A stretch of 64,000 nucleotides of DNA from Octopus sinensis (Eukaryota): assembly GCF_006345805.1 (NCBI RefSeq), contig NC_042998.1, positions 192,014,001 through 192,078,000 on the forward strand. The letters are read 5' to 3'. Both the position numbers and the translations under genes were made by a program. The first letter of the stretch is position 1. Each line of letters starts with the position of its first letter. The notes under the pieces were generated by a model, which made no database searches, was not told the origin of the DNA, and saw only the letters and a list, made by a program, of their open reading frames with translations. Positions 25,633 to 40,177 of this stretch are shown one piece after another.

Positions 25633-27889
25633 TTTATATATAATGGGCCTAGTTTTCAGTTTAGGGAAGATTTAGCTTTATTGTTATAATGTTGTGCATA
25701 GTTCTATGCATTCAATTCTAATATATTTTTATGGGTTAATACGTTACTATCCGATTGGTTTCGCGGAGTGGGCTACATGACGAATTCAATATTTCTTGCT
25801 CTATATCATTAGTTTTATTTTTCGGTGTGGTGTGGGAAGAAAGCCACTTGTTATATATAATATATTCAATGTAATACAAATTATTCCGAGAGATCATTGA
25901 TGACGAGAACAATGTCCTATAACTCCATTTTAGAAACAAATGTTGTTTTGTTTTCTGTTGGGGCAACAACTCTTTGTATCTTATTAGTCATGAGCAAAAC
26001 AGCAATTATTAACACGCAAGTTCATATGGTTGTAATTTAATGAAAATTATTATATCGCATATGCAACGACTAACGTAGTTTCTGAAGATAAGCACTGCAA
26101 ATTCTCGGATTGCACGATTAATTTTATTGCAAGCCAGCCTGATATATGAGCGGTTTGACAAAAGATTTTTATGTTTTCAATTCTATACCTTGAAATTCAT
26201 TGTTAACGATGATTTTACACTTTATTTTTATTACTACGAGCCAAACATTTTAACTATTCAGTTTTCTTCAAAGGATTCGACTTTCTGTACCGTTAAATGC
26301 ATTCTCTATTCTCTGTATTCCCATATATTCTAGTCTCTTCTTCAAGAACAGTTAATATTAACAATACTTCCCACCACAAATGCAAAATATGAAACAGAAG
26401 TTTTAATAAACATAGGATCATATTAATAGCATATTAGCAAATGACATCCTAGCAACGGATGATGAAATGATGAAATATCCTAGAAAGTATTTGATCTATA
26501 ATGGGCAGCTATTACTGTGTACGCCAATTGTTATATGAGTAAATGATCAGTTGATTTAACTGGTTTATTTAAACATCAAAGAAAAAGTGGATTTCTGATT
26601 GCCTAATGTGTAACCGTTTTTTTGTTCTTAGAATGCTTCAAAAATGAATGTTTCAAAAAATTCTTCGATGTTTTCCGGCACATTTCAGTCCATATTCAAT
26701 AGCATAGTTCTCAAAATTCACGTTTACCAAGTCTCATATTTAATCATTTGTTTCATTCACGAGAAAATAAATAATAATAATATAAATAAATAGACCTAGA
26801 AGTGTTTAATCTGAAATAATTTTACACACTCTTTCTTCATTACGGTCTCATATATACAAGCGGACTCCATAAAATCGACGTGGTTAATAAAACTTGGAAA
26901 ATCTTGTGTGCTAAATTGTTAAACTCGACGGAATTTTTTCCTTTTACTCTTATTTATGTTTCTGGTTCTATAGAATAATAAATAATAGTAAATCAAGAAA
27001 AAAGATGGAACGGTTTAAAGACTGTTGTTGCTATTGCTGTGTTAAGTAGTTCACAATTGCTAACCTGACAATACGCTTTTACCATGCCTCTATAATTGAA
27101 AAATGTAATCTTTTATAGATACGGTAAATCAATGCCACTCAATATTCTGATAGGATTTAAAGTGTCAATAAGGGAAAATACGACAATAACCACACAAACT
27201 GTGTTTTCATACAACACGAAGAAAGGGTAGATTTATGGGTGTTAAAAGTTTCTTTGAAGTGTCAGAAAGTGCCGATAAACGTTAATTCCATCGTCAAATA
27301 TACGAGTAAATAGGAAAAGCACTCAAATTTACATATCTCTCTGTAGTGAAACGTTTTTTCCTTGTAGTGAAAGGAATCCTAACGGATAAATATATTCCTG
27401 AATAGCTGTTTGGTTCTTCTATTCTTTACTCATTTGATCATGTTAAGAGGGATTTGCTGTGTAGCTTTCTAAAAAAAGATTTGCTTCGTATTGACAGATG
27501 TTCCACTTTTTTTTGGTATTTCAATATGAATGAGGTTATTCATATTTATGCTGAATATTAATACCGTTGATTTATTTCATATACTCGTAAACGAAACTCC
27601 CAATTACGTTTTAATATATGATTATCTAAGCCCAGCTTACATTCATAGCTTTATTTAATTAGCAGTTGTCAGTAATAAAGATTCGTTCATGTTCGTATAC
27701 TATGGCAGCATATGTGGGTCTAGAAGAAAGCTATTAAACTTCAAACTGAGAGTATTATTAAATCTGACTATTAAAGATCTGTTGCATAGACTCGTGTATG
27801 TTACTGGTATATATTGGATCCTTCTCTAGGGGTAAGGCAAATCAAAATTTAATCTGGACAAGATTTGAATCAAGATACGTAGCTAAATA

Positions 27890-28484
27890 AAGGTTTCAAA
27901 TTTGGCGGCAAGCTCAGCAATTTCGGGTAAGACGATTACATCGACCCCAGTATTGAACTGGTACTTATTCCATCGATCCCGAAAGGATGAAAGGCAAAGT
28001 GGGTCTCGGCAGGATGTGAACGTAGAACATAAAAATAGTCGAAATGCAGCTAATAATTTTTTCCGGGGGCGCTAATAATCCCTATTTCTTTACTAACCAC
28101 AAGGGGCTAAACACAGAGGGAACAAACAAGGACATCAAAACGGATTAAGTCGATTTCATTGACCCCAGTGCATAAATGGTACTTAATTTATCGACCCCGA
28201 AAGGCTGAAAGGCAAAGTCGACCTCGGTGGAATTTGAACTCAGAACGTAACAGCAGCCGAAATACCTATTTCTTTACTACTCAAAGGATCTAAACACAGA
28301 GGTGACAAACGGATTAAGTCGATTACATCGACATCAGTGCGTAACTGGTACTTAATTTATCGACGCCGAAGGGATGAAAGGCAAAGTCGACCTCGGCAGA
28401 ATTTAAACTCAGAACGTAACGGCAGACGAAATACCGCTAAGCATTTCGCCCGGCACGTTAACGTTTCTGCCAGCTCGCTGCCTT
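27890..28484 (-). mobile_element. cluster of three SINE-B copies
   Basis: Old copy at about 27890-28075, then units from about 28082 and 28267. Confidence 0.88.
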
Positions 28485-29130
28485 AAAGTAGCTAAATAAT
28501 GCAATATATTTAGTGTGGCATCCTACTGTTATACTGTCCCATTCTCTATTTCATATACCTAAGAGTAACGGGTAAACATATTTGGAGAAGGATGAAGTTT
28601 CGATTAAACTGATTTCAATAAATGCGTGCTTATTTAATTTTATCGTTCCTCGAAAGTCAGAAGGGAAGTCAAATGTGACTGGATTCCTCTAGAACCAAAA
28701 GAATCATAATAAACCCCCAAGACATTTTCTGTAGAATTCGCATTATTCTTCTGCCTGCCACATTCTTTCAGATGTATTATAGATTTCTAGCCTTGGAAGG
28801 AGCACTCAGATTGGAAAGAGATAACAAGATAGATTTAATCCAATTCATGTTTAATTCTTGAGATGAATATAGCTATTGTAATCATAGTAGAATAGCACGT
28901 TATATATTGAATCCTTCTTTCCTTAGAATATATATTATATTTCATATTTTCCCTTGCAGTGTTTACTTAATTTTGTAGTTGTGTAACATATGCTAACTCT
29001 GTATGTACTGTTAGGCGAACGGCCATACTACGACCATTGTTTTTCTCTTGCAGTTATTGGAAACGCGTCTCGTGGCAAAGTATTCCGTTCAATGAGTTTA
29101 CTGATGTTGCGCTATGACTTTTCCTCTGTA

Positions 29131-29216
<86 letters not shown>
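29131..29216. repeat. (TG)n microsatellite
   Basis: Directly visible. Confidence 0.97.
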
Positions 29217-29217
<1 letters not shown>

Positions 29218-29583
29218 TATAAGTGCGTATGACTGTTTTAACGTTTCTAAATTGAGTGTTAGGATTAGTTGCTGACGTTGCTTTCGTCCAAAATCAACCA
29301 CGAATGACGAAGCCTATCTGTGAATATTCCCAACCATTACATTGTCGTATTCCTTGAAGTATTAAGAATTATCATATTTTCTAATTCGTTCTTGTATTCT
29401 TTTTAAAAAGCAGTACAACGGCATTTCGAAGTAACTTCGCTGTTACATCTAGCATATTAAGAAGCTTCATAGAGACTGCCATTAACTTGGGTCTAATAGT
29501 TAGATAAGCCTTATTCAAGTAAGATACTTTAGTAGTAGTATATGGGAATATTTTACTTATGTCTTGGTATTTCGTGGTTCATT

Positions 29584-29850
29584 GGGCGTGTGGTTTAGTG
29601 GTTAGAGTATTCGGCTCACGATCGTAAAGTCGTGGGTTCGATTCCAGCGGTGCGTTGTGTTCTTGAGCAAGACATTTATTTCACGTTGCTCCAGTCCACT
29701 CTACTGGCAAAAATAAGTAGTACCTGTATTTCAAAGGGCCAGCCTTGTCACATTCTGTGTCCCGTTCAGTCACTCTGAGAACTACGCTAAATGTTCACCT
29801 GTAGGCGGAGAGTTCAGCCAATTGCATGTTAATTTCAGGAGCAGGCTGTT
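29584..29850 (+). mobile_element. older SINE related to group A
   Basis: tRNA-like head with A box and B box (ggttcgattcc), CORE-like cttgagcaagacattt, then diverged A1 body (gtacctgtatttcaaagggccagccttgtcac..gagcaggctgtt). Confidence 0.8.
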
Positions 29851-31481
29851 TTAGTGTTCTATATAATAACATGGACTATACATGATGGAGCTGGTCGCAC
29901 CAAGAAAATATGCTCTATACATGCACATGGGGGCATTAGAATCGATAACGAAATTCTCTAAAATCGATTATTATTGTCAATCAATTGATCTCTTCAGAAA
30001 TATTACAAACCTAAATAAACACTAATTTCATTATAATTCGACAGGAGTTATCATAGCATATGAGTTTTTAAACTATTCATGAGGCCGTAACAACTACTCA
30101 GCTTATATCTTAAATCATATGGTCGATTAAGATCCGGTTTAAATCTTAATACCTGGTCTTGATTGAGTAAATCTATGATCAAAGGCATTCCAGTTTTGAC
30201 CATCCCCTCTTTTGTCAAGCATAATTCATTCCATTCAGTAAAAATTGAATGTGATTTGTGGAATACACAGTTAATGCACGGAGGCATCCTTATTTTCTTC
30301 TCGTATGTAATAGGTAGTGTATAGTAATTAGGTAAACTGAGGCTTGATGCAGTGTCCATTGAATTTATATCAATAATGAGGACCATTTTCATTGTATCCT
30401 GGCAATAAGGGACTTACAGATAAAACTATTATAGACTTAACTTTATAGATATTTCAACCAGAGTAGAAATAAGTATATAGTGAACTATTATATTATGGGT
30501 ATATCCATGTACACGACTACACAAACACACCAAAAGATACGCTTGCACATGTACATACAGGCACAAACACACGCATACACTCAGAACACTGTAAAAAGAT
30601 ATATATAGAAAAACATGGAATACTGCGTCTGGAGATATCTTAACTCAAAATTTATTTGCGTGATCATGTGTACGCATATAAATGTAAGCCTGCGTTTGCA
30701 TATTCATACAATAGCGTTGGAGCAGATGTTCGAAATGAAATGTGTTCTGTTGGTTGACAAACTCCCCGCTTAAATAGTATTGATTTTAGATTGCGCTAAA
30801 CATTTCAACACTTAAAGACCTATAACTGTAAGACATAAATCTCACACCAAACCATATTAAGGTTTCATCAATATACAAGTAAGCACTGCTGTCTTAGTAA
30901 TGCCGGTTAACAGTACTAACGGACCATTTATTCGTGAAGTTTCTTTCATGAACGAAAGGATAGTTGGAAACATCTCGATCCCGATGCATATCTATGCATT
31001 ACCTTTATGACAAATAGTGAAAGTAGAAAAGTAGAAACCTGATACTTGACCCGAATCCTTACAACAATATAAATCCGCTAATCTATTACAAGTATTAATA
31101 TATTTTTAAAATGATATTTTTCCCAGTAATATACGAATATCAAGGATGATTTCCAACTTGATTTTGTCTTCATGTTGGTCCTGAGATCAGTGAATCAACT
31201 AAAATTTTGAAGAAGCTATCGCTTCATGTTGGTAGCTGTTTTTCAATTTACACAAAGGTAAATTGTTGATGTAGCATCGAAAACTGAAATCTAGAAATTA
31301 AAATATCTCCTGATCTTACAATCAAATATTTGTTAATGTTTAGAAATTAGTGTTAAAATCATATGAAGCGTGTTTGCCGCATGTAAAGCCAATTATACCC
31401 AGAATAAATATACATAAGATTTTTGATTTTAGTATTCTAATCATTTCAGAACACATTTTAAGCGGATAAATGTGAAATATA

Positions 31482-31714
31482 TATTTCTTTACTACCCACA
31501 AGGGGCTAAACATAGAGGTGACAAACAAGGACAGACAAAGGGATTAAGTCGATTACATCAACCCAGTGCGAAACTGGTACTTTATTTATCGACCCCGAGA
31601 GGATGAAAGGCAAAGTCGACCTCGGCGGAATTTTAACTCAGAACGTAACGACAGACGAAATACCGCTAAGCATTTCGCCCGGCGCGCTAACGTTTCTGCC
31701 AGCTCACCGCCTCA
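31482..31714 (-). mobile_element. SINE group B
   Basis: Family sequence; 16-bp TSD ataaatgtgaaatata at 31466-31481 / 31715-31730. Confidence 0.95.
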
Positions 31715-33074
31715 ATAAATGTGAAATATAGTTGTGTAATGGCATGAGTTTGTAGCAGATAATGTAGTTCAACCAGAATTACTGAGCTGAGCACCATAAG
31801 CCAATGGAACGCTTCTAAATCCCAGAGTATTGCTAATTCTTAGATAAAATATACATCATCATTTAACTCCTCATTCGTTGCCAGACTCGACGAAACTTGG
31901 TCAAAAACACATTACTATACCGCTATGAGAATATGAAACACCAAACCTTAGGCAACCTATACAGTAACTTATTGAATTAGCTGAAATGCACGAATCGAAT
32001 GATATATGGGCACAGTTCTATGACTGAAGCCATTAAAAGAGTAACATGTAATATTTCCTAATGATATTATCCAATCTCTGTTTCACTTTTTTCTTCGTTT
32101 TGGAAAACCACTGGAAATATTTAAACAAAATGTTTTCGCATTGATTGGTAGAAAATATTCGTATTTTATAATTGAGCAGAAATCATTCTATTAGTGATAG
32201 AAAAGAAGCAGAAATCATGTTTGTAAACAGAATTTCGTTAGGGATTGAATATTAATTAGTCGAGTGGCCTCTCTCTGCGTAAAGTCTATGCACGTAATAA
32301 CCGCACTGTCGCAGATATTAGGAGCAGTACTTCATTGTGGGACACAGTTATGCTTTGTTGGATGTAATGATATAAATGTCATTGGTGGGTGGAGAAAATC
32401 GGATCTGTTAAGCACCAGAGTTGACTGAGGGTGAGTAGCAATGAGCTCCATCACACATGCTGTACTAATGCGATCAAATGATGAAGCTTCCGATCCAAGA
32501 GATGAGAGATGGGCGGAACGCTAAGATAGTGACAGACTAAAGTCAAAACGGAAAGAAAAAGCAAGAGAGAGGAGAAAGTGAAATATATGGAAGAATGAAA
32601 TTAGTGGAGATGGAGAAAAAGATAGTAATTTTGAGATGCAAAAGAAGGATGGCAGCTCTCTGAAATAGAGGGGGAAATTAGAGATAAACTAATAGAGGTT
32701 TAACAGTGTGTGAGTGAGGGCTATAGGGAAAAGTAGAGATTATGGGAGAAGAGAAAAAAAGAGAAAATGAAAATTACATACGATAAAGATGAGGAGTAGG
32801 GGGATCTTTGGGAAATGAATAGAAGACTGGAGGCAGAATTTGATTAAGGTAAAAATAGAGGAAGAGAAGAAATAGTAAATACATGAGCGGAGAAAATGAA
32901 AGTGAATGAGCGGTCGCAAAAAGAATTAAGAATTAATGAAGAATAATGAAACACGAAAATGAGAAAAGGCTTGAAGAAAAGAAATATTAGGAATTAGTGA
33001 ATGGAGACAAAATATATTGTCACTTTCGAAGTATAGCACTGTAAGAATAATAGCACTTTTGATGGAAGAGAGTT

Positions 33075-33452
33075 TAATCGATATTATCCGTCCCCAGTGC
33101 ATGATTGGTACTTTATTTTACCGACTTCTAAAATATAAAAGCCGAAGTTGACCTTGGCGGGATTTGAACTCAGAGCATTAGGAGCCAGAAAAAAATACTG
33201 CAAACCGTTTTGATCGAGGCTCTAAAAATTTTTTTTCCAATCCAGCAAATTAATTTTAATAAGAATAATAATAAGGATGGTGATTTCGAATTTTGACATA
33301 AGTTCGGGGGTGGAGTACTAATTTTATCGATCCCGAAAAAATGAAAGGCAAAATCGACCTCGGCGGAATTTGAAATCAGAAAGGTAAATACAGACGAAAT
33401 GTCCCTCAGCATTTTGCAAGGTTTGCTAACGTTTCTGCCAATTAGACGCCTT
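33075..33452 (-). mobile_element. two degenerate SINE-B-related copies
   Basis: gaccttggcgggatttgaactcaga and gacctcggcggaatttgaaatcaga motifs. Confidence 0.7.
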
Positions 33453-33548
<96 letters not shown>

Positions 33549-33556
33549 ATTATTAC

Positions 33557-33598
<42 letters not shown>

Positions 33599-33599
33599 T

Positions 33600-33630
<31 letters not shown>

Positions 33631-33656
33631 TGATGATGATGATGATGATGATGATG
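33453..33656. repeat. (AAC)n-(AAT)n-(ATG)n compound microsatellite
   Basis: Directly visible. Confidence 0.97.
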
Positions 33657-34049
33657 GCAATGATTTAAGAGTCTTTGTTACAATAGAACTGTAGAAAGTG
33701 AGCTGAATGAAGGTAGAATTTAATCCTATCATAATATTATTTTTGTTTTGTTAATAAAATGACGAGGAAGAAATTAATTATGTTTTGCGGTTACCTCCCA
33801 CGTTGCAAAGCCGAGAGAATGTGTACTCAGTAATATAGGAAGATTAGATTGTGTCAGCTACTGTTATTTGTTAGACTAGAAGATAACATCTTTACCACAT
33901 ATGTTAAAATCACACTTTTTAGCTTGTATATTTCGTCGGGCTAAGGCGGTCGCTGAAGTATGTAAGCTAATTGAGAATTTTGAATAATGAAACGATGTGT
34001 AATTCTAACAAACAGATATATTAGTTTAACGCTCGGGAACTGAAAAAGT

Positions 34050-34085
34050 CTTTAACGTTTCGAGCCTACGCTCTTCAACAGAAAG
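34050..34085 (-). ncRNA. minimal hammerhead-like motif (A6U variant) in a probable Penelope-like terminus
   Basis: Minus strand: cttt-CTGTTGA-a-gagc-gtag-gctc-GAA-acgt-T-aaag. Confidence 0.55.
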
Positions 34086-34731
34086 GAACACAGAAAGAAG
34101 CAAGGAGAGAAAATAAAGAATGTGTAGTGGCTAGCGAGCTATCATGGCGAATGCTAAACAGAAGGGTCATACAGGAGAAGTAGGAAGAAGGAGAGATAAT
34201 AAAGTAGTGGCGATCCCAAAACGAAGGTGCGCGTGCGTGTGTATAAGAGAGCATATATGTGCGTGCGGATTAGGGCTGGTGACTTTGACGCGTGCGTGTG
34301 TGTATGTGTAGGTGTGTGGATGATGGTGTGGTGCTGGGAAATGGTCAGTACTAGTGAGTACGTGGTGGTATGATGTGATGTGGTGTTGTGTTGTGTTGTA
34401 TGGTGGTGTATGGTGTGGTGGTATGGTATCAGCTGGGACCCTAGTCGTCGCAACCGACGGTGTGCTCCTTTATATATATATATAATATATATATATATAT
34501 ATTATATATATATATATTCATATATATATATAATATATATACATATATATATATTATATATATATATTATATATATATATATAATATATATATATATGAA
34601 TAGATAGATGCTCCAATATATGTATATATACACACCTACACATACACCTATATATACATACATATTTATATATATGCATGCGTATGTATTTGTATATACA
34701 TAAAATACATACATACATATATATATATATA

Positions 34732-34775
<44 letters not shown>

Positions 34776-35221
34776 CGTATGATGCTAAGAGAAAACATCC
34801 ATGGAAAAAGAGGAAAAAATAATTTTAAAATACACCAAGCGGCTATATTCAAGGAGCCTACGTAAGCAGATAAACAAATTGAAATGCTATATCTTAATTT
34901 TATGTTAATGATAATTTTGTATTTACTAATACGATGTCAGCTTGGCAGACGTTCAACAAAGAGCAATAAATGGGTCGAGATTAATGATAATATGACCGAT
35001 ATTATATCCAGGGAGTTATAAAGTTAAGACCTGGTAGGATTCCCAGAACACCTCATTATTTAGAGCATCATCATCACAAACTCATTATAGTGAACGACTC
35101 CAAAACAAATCAATTTTCGAATATATAATCTATATTCATAAAAGAAAAGAAGACTAAATAAATACAAATCGAAAATGTAAATAGACATATATCCATTTCA
35201 ATTATATATATATATATATAT

Positions 35222-35529
35222 ATCACGTGATCACGTGACCGACCAGACCATCAGATGTTGTTACACATCGCTGGTCACAATGCGTTCGCATTGTTTTAGC
35301 CTTCGAATGACGCCACCCCGCTGGCTAAGCGAGCAGGCCAACAGAAGAAAGAGTGGGAGAAAGTGTGGTGAAAGAGTACACCAGGGATCAGCAACCCCTG
35401 CCGGCGCCTCGTGGAGCTTTTTAGGTGTTTTCGCTCAATAAACACTCACAACGCCCGGTCTGGGAATCGAAACCGCGATCCTATGACCGCGAGTCCGCTG
35501 CCCTAACCACTAGGCTATTGTGCCTCCAC
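35222..35529 (-). mobile_element. SINE with group A head and a third 3' half (A3)
   Basis: Matches A1 up to ..ctttctcccactct, then an unrelated tail ending ..ggtcggtcacgtgatcacgtgata; inserted in (TA)n. Confidence 0.85.
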
Positions 35530-35610
35530 ATATATATATATATATATTATATATATATATATTATATATATATATATATATATATGTGTGGGGTGTGTGT
35601 GTGTGTGTGT

Positions 35611-35662
<52 letters not shown>

Positions 35663-35940
35663 TATGTACGTGTGTGTGTATTATAAATATGGTAGAACAC
35701 TAGCTGTGCTGTTGGTGTTTATTGAAGCAGAAACACGTATCCAAACTGTCCTCTTCTGTCCAGTCAATAAGCTTGTCCTTTTCTTTCATGACACGTCAAC
35801 TTTGAAAAATTCTTGACCTTTGAGAATATCCCTCCTACTCATACGGAGTATACCATTTGCTAATTGTAACACATCACCAAAAGCTGGAGACAATGTAATT
35901 ATCAAATTTTTATGTTGTACGATATTCGATATGCCTGTAT

Positions 35941-36169
35941 TTTACTCTTTTTTTTTCTTTTACTCTTTTACTTGTTTCAGTCATTTGACTGCGGCCATGC
36001 TGGAGCACCGCCTTTAGTCGATCAAATCGACCCTGGGACTTATTCTTTGTAAGCCCAGTACTTATTCTATCGGTCTCTTTTGCCGAACCGCTAAGTGACG
36101 GGGACGTAAGCATACCAGCATCGGTTGTCAAGTGATTTTGGGGGGACAAACACAGACATACAAACATAT

Positions 36170-36225
<56 letters not shown>

Positions 36226-36249
36226 TATATATATGTATGTATATGTATG

Positions 36250-36280
<31 letters not shown>

Positions 36281-36540
36281 ATATATATATATATGTTGTC
36301 AAGCAATGCTAGGGGGACAAACACAGACACACACACACACACCCACACACATATATATATATATATATACATATATACTACAGGCTTCTTTCAGTTTCCG
36401 TCTACCAAATCCACTCACAAGGCATTGGTTGGCCCAGGGCTATAGCAGAAGACACTTGCCCAAGGTGCCACGCAGTGGGACCGAACCCGGAACCATGTGG
36501 TTGGTAATCAAGCTACTTACCACACAGCCACTCCTGCGCC
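35941..36540 (-). mobile_element. SINE group C with duplicated central microsatellite module
   Basis: ttgtcaag..gggggacaaacacagac(CA)n(TA)n is present twice (about 36125-36295 and 36296-36377). Confidence 0.92.
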
Positions 36541-36863
36541 TTGTTTATGCTGTACACACATGTCAGTATTTATCTTATTTTCGTTATATACGTGTGCGTG
36601 AGTGAGTATGTGTTTCTGTGTGTGTGTGTATGTCTGATAGTGTAAGTGCGCGTGTGTGCCCGCGTGTGCATTAGGCCGCATGTGGCCATCCGTTCGTAGT
36701 GGTCTACCAGGTGGTTAGTATCTTGGTTTGAGAAACTCCCTAATAAGAGTAGCACCTACTTCGTGCTGTTCGATACTGGGAAAATACTAGTCTTCCATCG
36801 CTCCTATTTTCCACAACTGGGCTATCACCTTTGCTGGAAAGATTACAGATATATAGGACGAAA

Positions 36864-37096
36864 AAAGGCGGCGAGCTGGCAGAAACGTTAGCACTCCTGG
36901 CGAAATGCTTTGCGGTATTTCGTCTGTCGTTACGTTATGAGTTCAAATTCCGCCGAGGTCGACTTTGCCTTTCATCCTTTCGGGGTCGATAAATAAAGTA
37001 CCAGTTTCGCACTGGGGTCGATATAATCGGCTTAATCCGTTTGTCTGTCCTTGTTTGTCCCCTCTATGTTTAGCCCCTTGTGGGTAGTAAAGAAAT
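36864..37096 (+). mobile_element. SINE group B
   Basis: Family sequence; TSD atatataggacgaaa (15 bp). Confidence 0.95.
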
Positions 37097-37502
37097 ATAT
37101 ATAGGACGAAATCAACATTATCCTTTTAGCCGGCAGAACCGTTCTTTCTCTCTCTCTCTTTCTCTCTCTCTCTCTTTCTATCTCTCTCTTCCTGTCTTTC
37201 TTTCTCTCTCTCTCTCTCGCTCTTTTTCTCTCTCTCTCTACATAGAAATTACAATAGTTTCTTACAGCTGTTTCAGGCAAGATGTTATAGTGCCCCACAT
37301 TACTCCCATCCCTTCAGTGAACTGAAGTATTTTGTAGATAACATAAGATAAGGTAGATAAGATAAGATAAGATAAGATAAAATAATAAACTATCTTATTT
37401 GCGTCATATTAGCGACTATTAGCGAGTTTTCGTAGCTTGTGACATATCCCGTGAAAAACGTTATCAAAGGCCTTTGCAACTTTCGAACGATTAACAGATT
37501 TT

Positions 37503-37700
37503 TCAATGCATAGATAAAATACTGCAGAAGCTGTGTGAGGCAGCGCTTCCTGAGTGGAAGCCATACCGGGTGTCAAGGAGCAAGTCTTTATCTTCTAAGA
37601 ACATGATCAGCTTTCTCCTGAAAATATGTTCCATGACATTTCTAACAAGTGAAATTAGAGATACGGGATAATAATTTTTAGCATCTGCTATATTTGCTAC
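37503..37700 (-). pseudogene. LINE (CR1/L2-like) reverse transcriptase fragment
   Basis: KNYYPVSLISLVRNVMEHIF..LLLDTRYGFHSG resembles the RT N-terminal motifs NYRPISL..QHGFR.G. Confidence 0.8.
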
Positions 37701-37739
37701 TTGCTTTATTGGCATATATGTCTATATCTGTGTGTGTGT

Positions 37740-37793
<54 letters not shown>

Positions 37794-39937
37794 TGTGTGT
37801 GTGTGTGAGTTGAAGATAGATACGTTCCTGGATAAACATGACAACATATTGGATAGCGGTTCACTCTTCCTTGTTCATTTGATCTTTGATAATTCGTACT
37901 TTCCACCTTTCCACCTTGTAGAATGGTCGAAAATCTTCCTCTTTACCAAAGACACTTGGTGTGGTTTCGGGTTTATTTTCCTTCTGACCCGAGTACTATC
38001 AATGGCGGTTTCTATTGATTGGACACATAGGTAAAAATATTCCGAAACATTTTGTTAAAAGTATTCTTTGACCAAACACTAACACCATAATAAAAGTTTC
38101 AAGGTTTGAGCTTTATCACACTTCGTCAGCGGAATTATAGCCTTCTCGTTTGCTCTCTGGTACTGTAGTAATTAGCTTGCTAAACAGATTGTTAATAAGA
38201 AAACATCGAAAGGCGTCGGGAAATGAAATTAAATGATAATTAAATTATCCAGTATTTACAACATCAGAAATAAACAGAGTAGGGTCAAATGAGCTAATTA
38301 AGAAAAAATGTTATGGGTTATATAACATTATTATCTAAATTGTCAATTAATATCTGTTCCTGGCGTCATTTGATATATTTTGTGAACATTACGTTGAATA
38401 ACTTAGTTGCTACAGAGCAAGTAATGGCGAAGGCTAGATTTCCGTTGCATAATCTTGATAAGCAGAAACGTGTAGATTGTCTCCTCTGTCTGTTTGAGTA
38501 AAGAATATTTGCTAGTCCTCATATATTTTCTTCGATCACTGCATTTAGCATTGCTGTGGGGATTTATGATGGTGAAAACGTTGAATAATCTCGAAACTAT
38601 CTTTTTATACTTCAAGTTTTGATCAGTGCACTTCATGAAGAATTTAGATGAGTATAATGTGAGGATCAGAAAAGGCAGCGCATTGTATGTTACTTGGCGT
38701 TGATATATATGAACATAATATGCTTTACAACTGCGGTAGTGTCTACTTCATGTTACCAGTAATGAATATTTTAGATATTTTCCCAGGGATTTTGTTAAAA
38801 TTTTTTATATATACCAGACCGAGTTTTCTAGATTGCTTGATGTCAAATTTCGAAAGGGAGGATCAAATTTAACACTTTCTTTATAGGAGCGAAATAATAT
38901 TATCATGAGAAAAGAAAAAAGAAAAGGCTTTCACTCTTTTCCACTTAGATGCGTATAGATGCAAAAACGTGTATTTCACCATTGCCAGAACATTGCATGT
39001 TTGAAAAGTGAATCCCTATCTAAATGTGAATGCACAAATACTTCTACTGTGTCGATATACTACAAACGGAGTTCCAGATGGAAAGTGTATCACAATCACT
39101 TAAAAACTACGATAACAGCGAGTGAATCAGCGAGTAATCCTATTACAGTTTAATTAGTAACATTCACGTATCAGCTGGGATTTTAAAGATACCCTGTAAT
39201 CGTGCAATCTTTGATTTTAATTAGACACTGGAAATTTCAGTTGCATAGTAGTTGTAGTTTTCTTACGCCGTGCAGAGTTATAAAAGCAGAGGAAATTAAT
39301 CAATTGAAACTTCAATTCAAAGTGACGCCTTCGAATTCAAAGCTAAGACACATTCACACACCCTGAACTCGTCACTAAAAAAGAAAGAAAACCCATAAAT
39401 CAGAGTTGGCAACATATAGTTCGTCTTCGTAAAGATTTGTTTGCAAGTAATTATTTTCAGGATTACGTAATTCCATCACAATATAGAAGTTGGATTACTT
39501 ATCAGAAGCGAATTGTCTGAAATAATGTTTATAATCCTAATGGGAATAACATAGCTTTAGAATAATTCTATTAGTTGTAAATTTGAAATTGACTTTGGAA
39601 ACTAATAGTCTCCCAATTCAGTTCAGTATTAAATGTTCTGCAGGTTATAAACACGAGATCTTTAATAGATGATCGACAGCGCCAATTTAATTCCGTTTAC
39701 AGGTGGGTCAAAATGTCAGAAAGAATGTATGAAGATAGAGATGTAATAAGTTGATTCAGTCACTAATTGAAGAAAACGGTACGTAGCACTCCAACAGGAA
39801 AAAAGAAATATAAAGTACTTTCAGAGAAATTATTAAAAAGAAGAAGGATAATTCACCTAATTATAAAAGATGTGAAAAATATCTAAATAAGAGAAAACGT
39901 GAAATAAATTAAACAAATACTTAAGGTAGGCAGAAGT

Positions 39938-39981
<44 letters not shown>

Positions 39982-40177
39982 CCTCCATGAATGACATTCT
40001 TCATCGTTTTCTCCTCCTTCTTTTCCTTTTTCAGACAAGAATTTGAGAAATTCGCCTCTATAACACCCGAAGACAGGTTCTTGATAAAAACCTCAGCAGA
40101 TATTTTAATGCACTTCGGAGAATTTCCCAAGAAGTGTTATCATACTCCGAGAAATGAGTATCTATTGTAAGGGCCTT

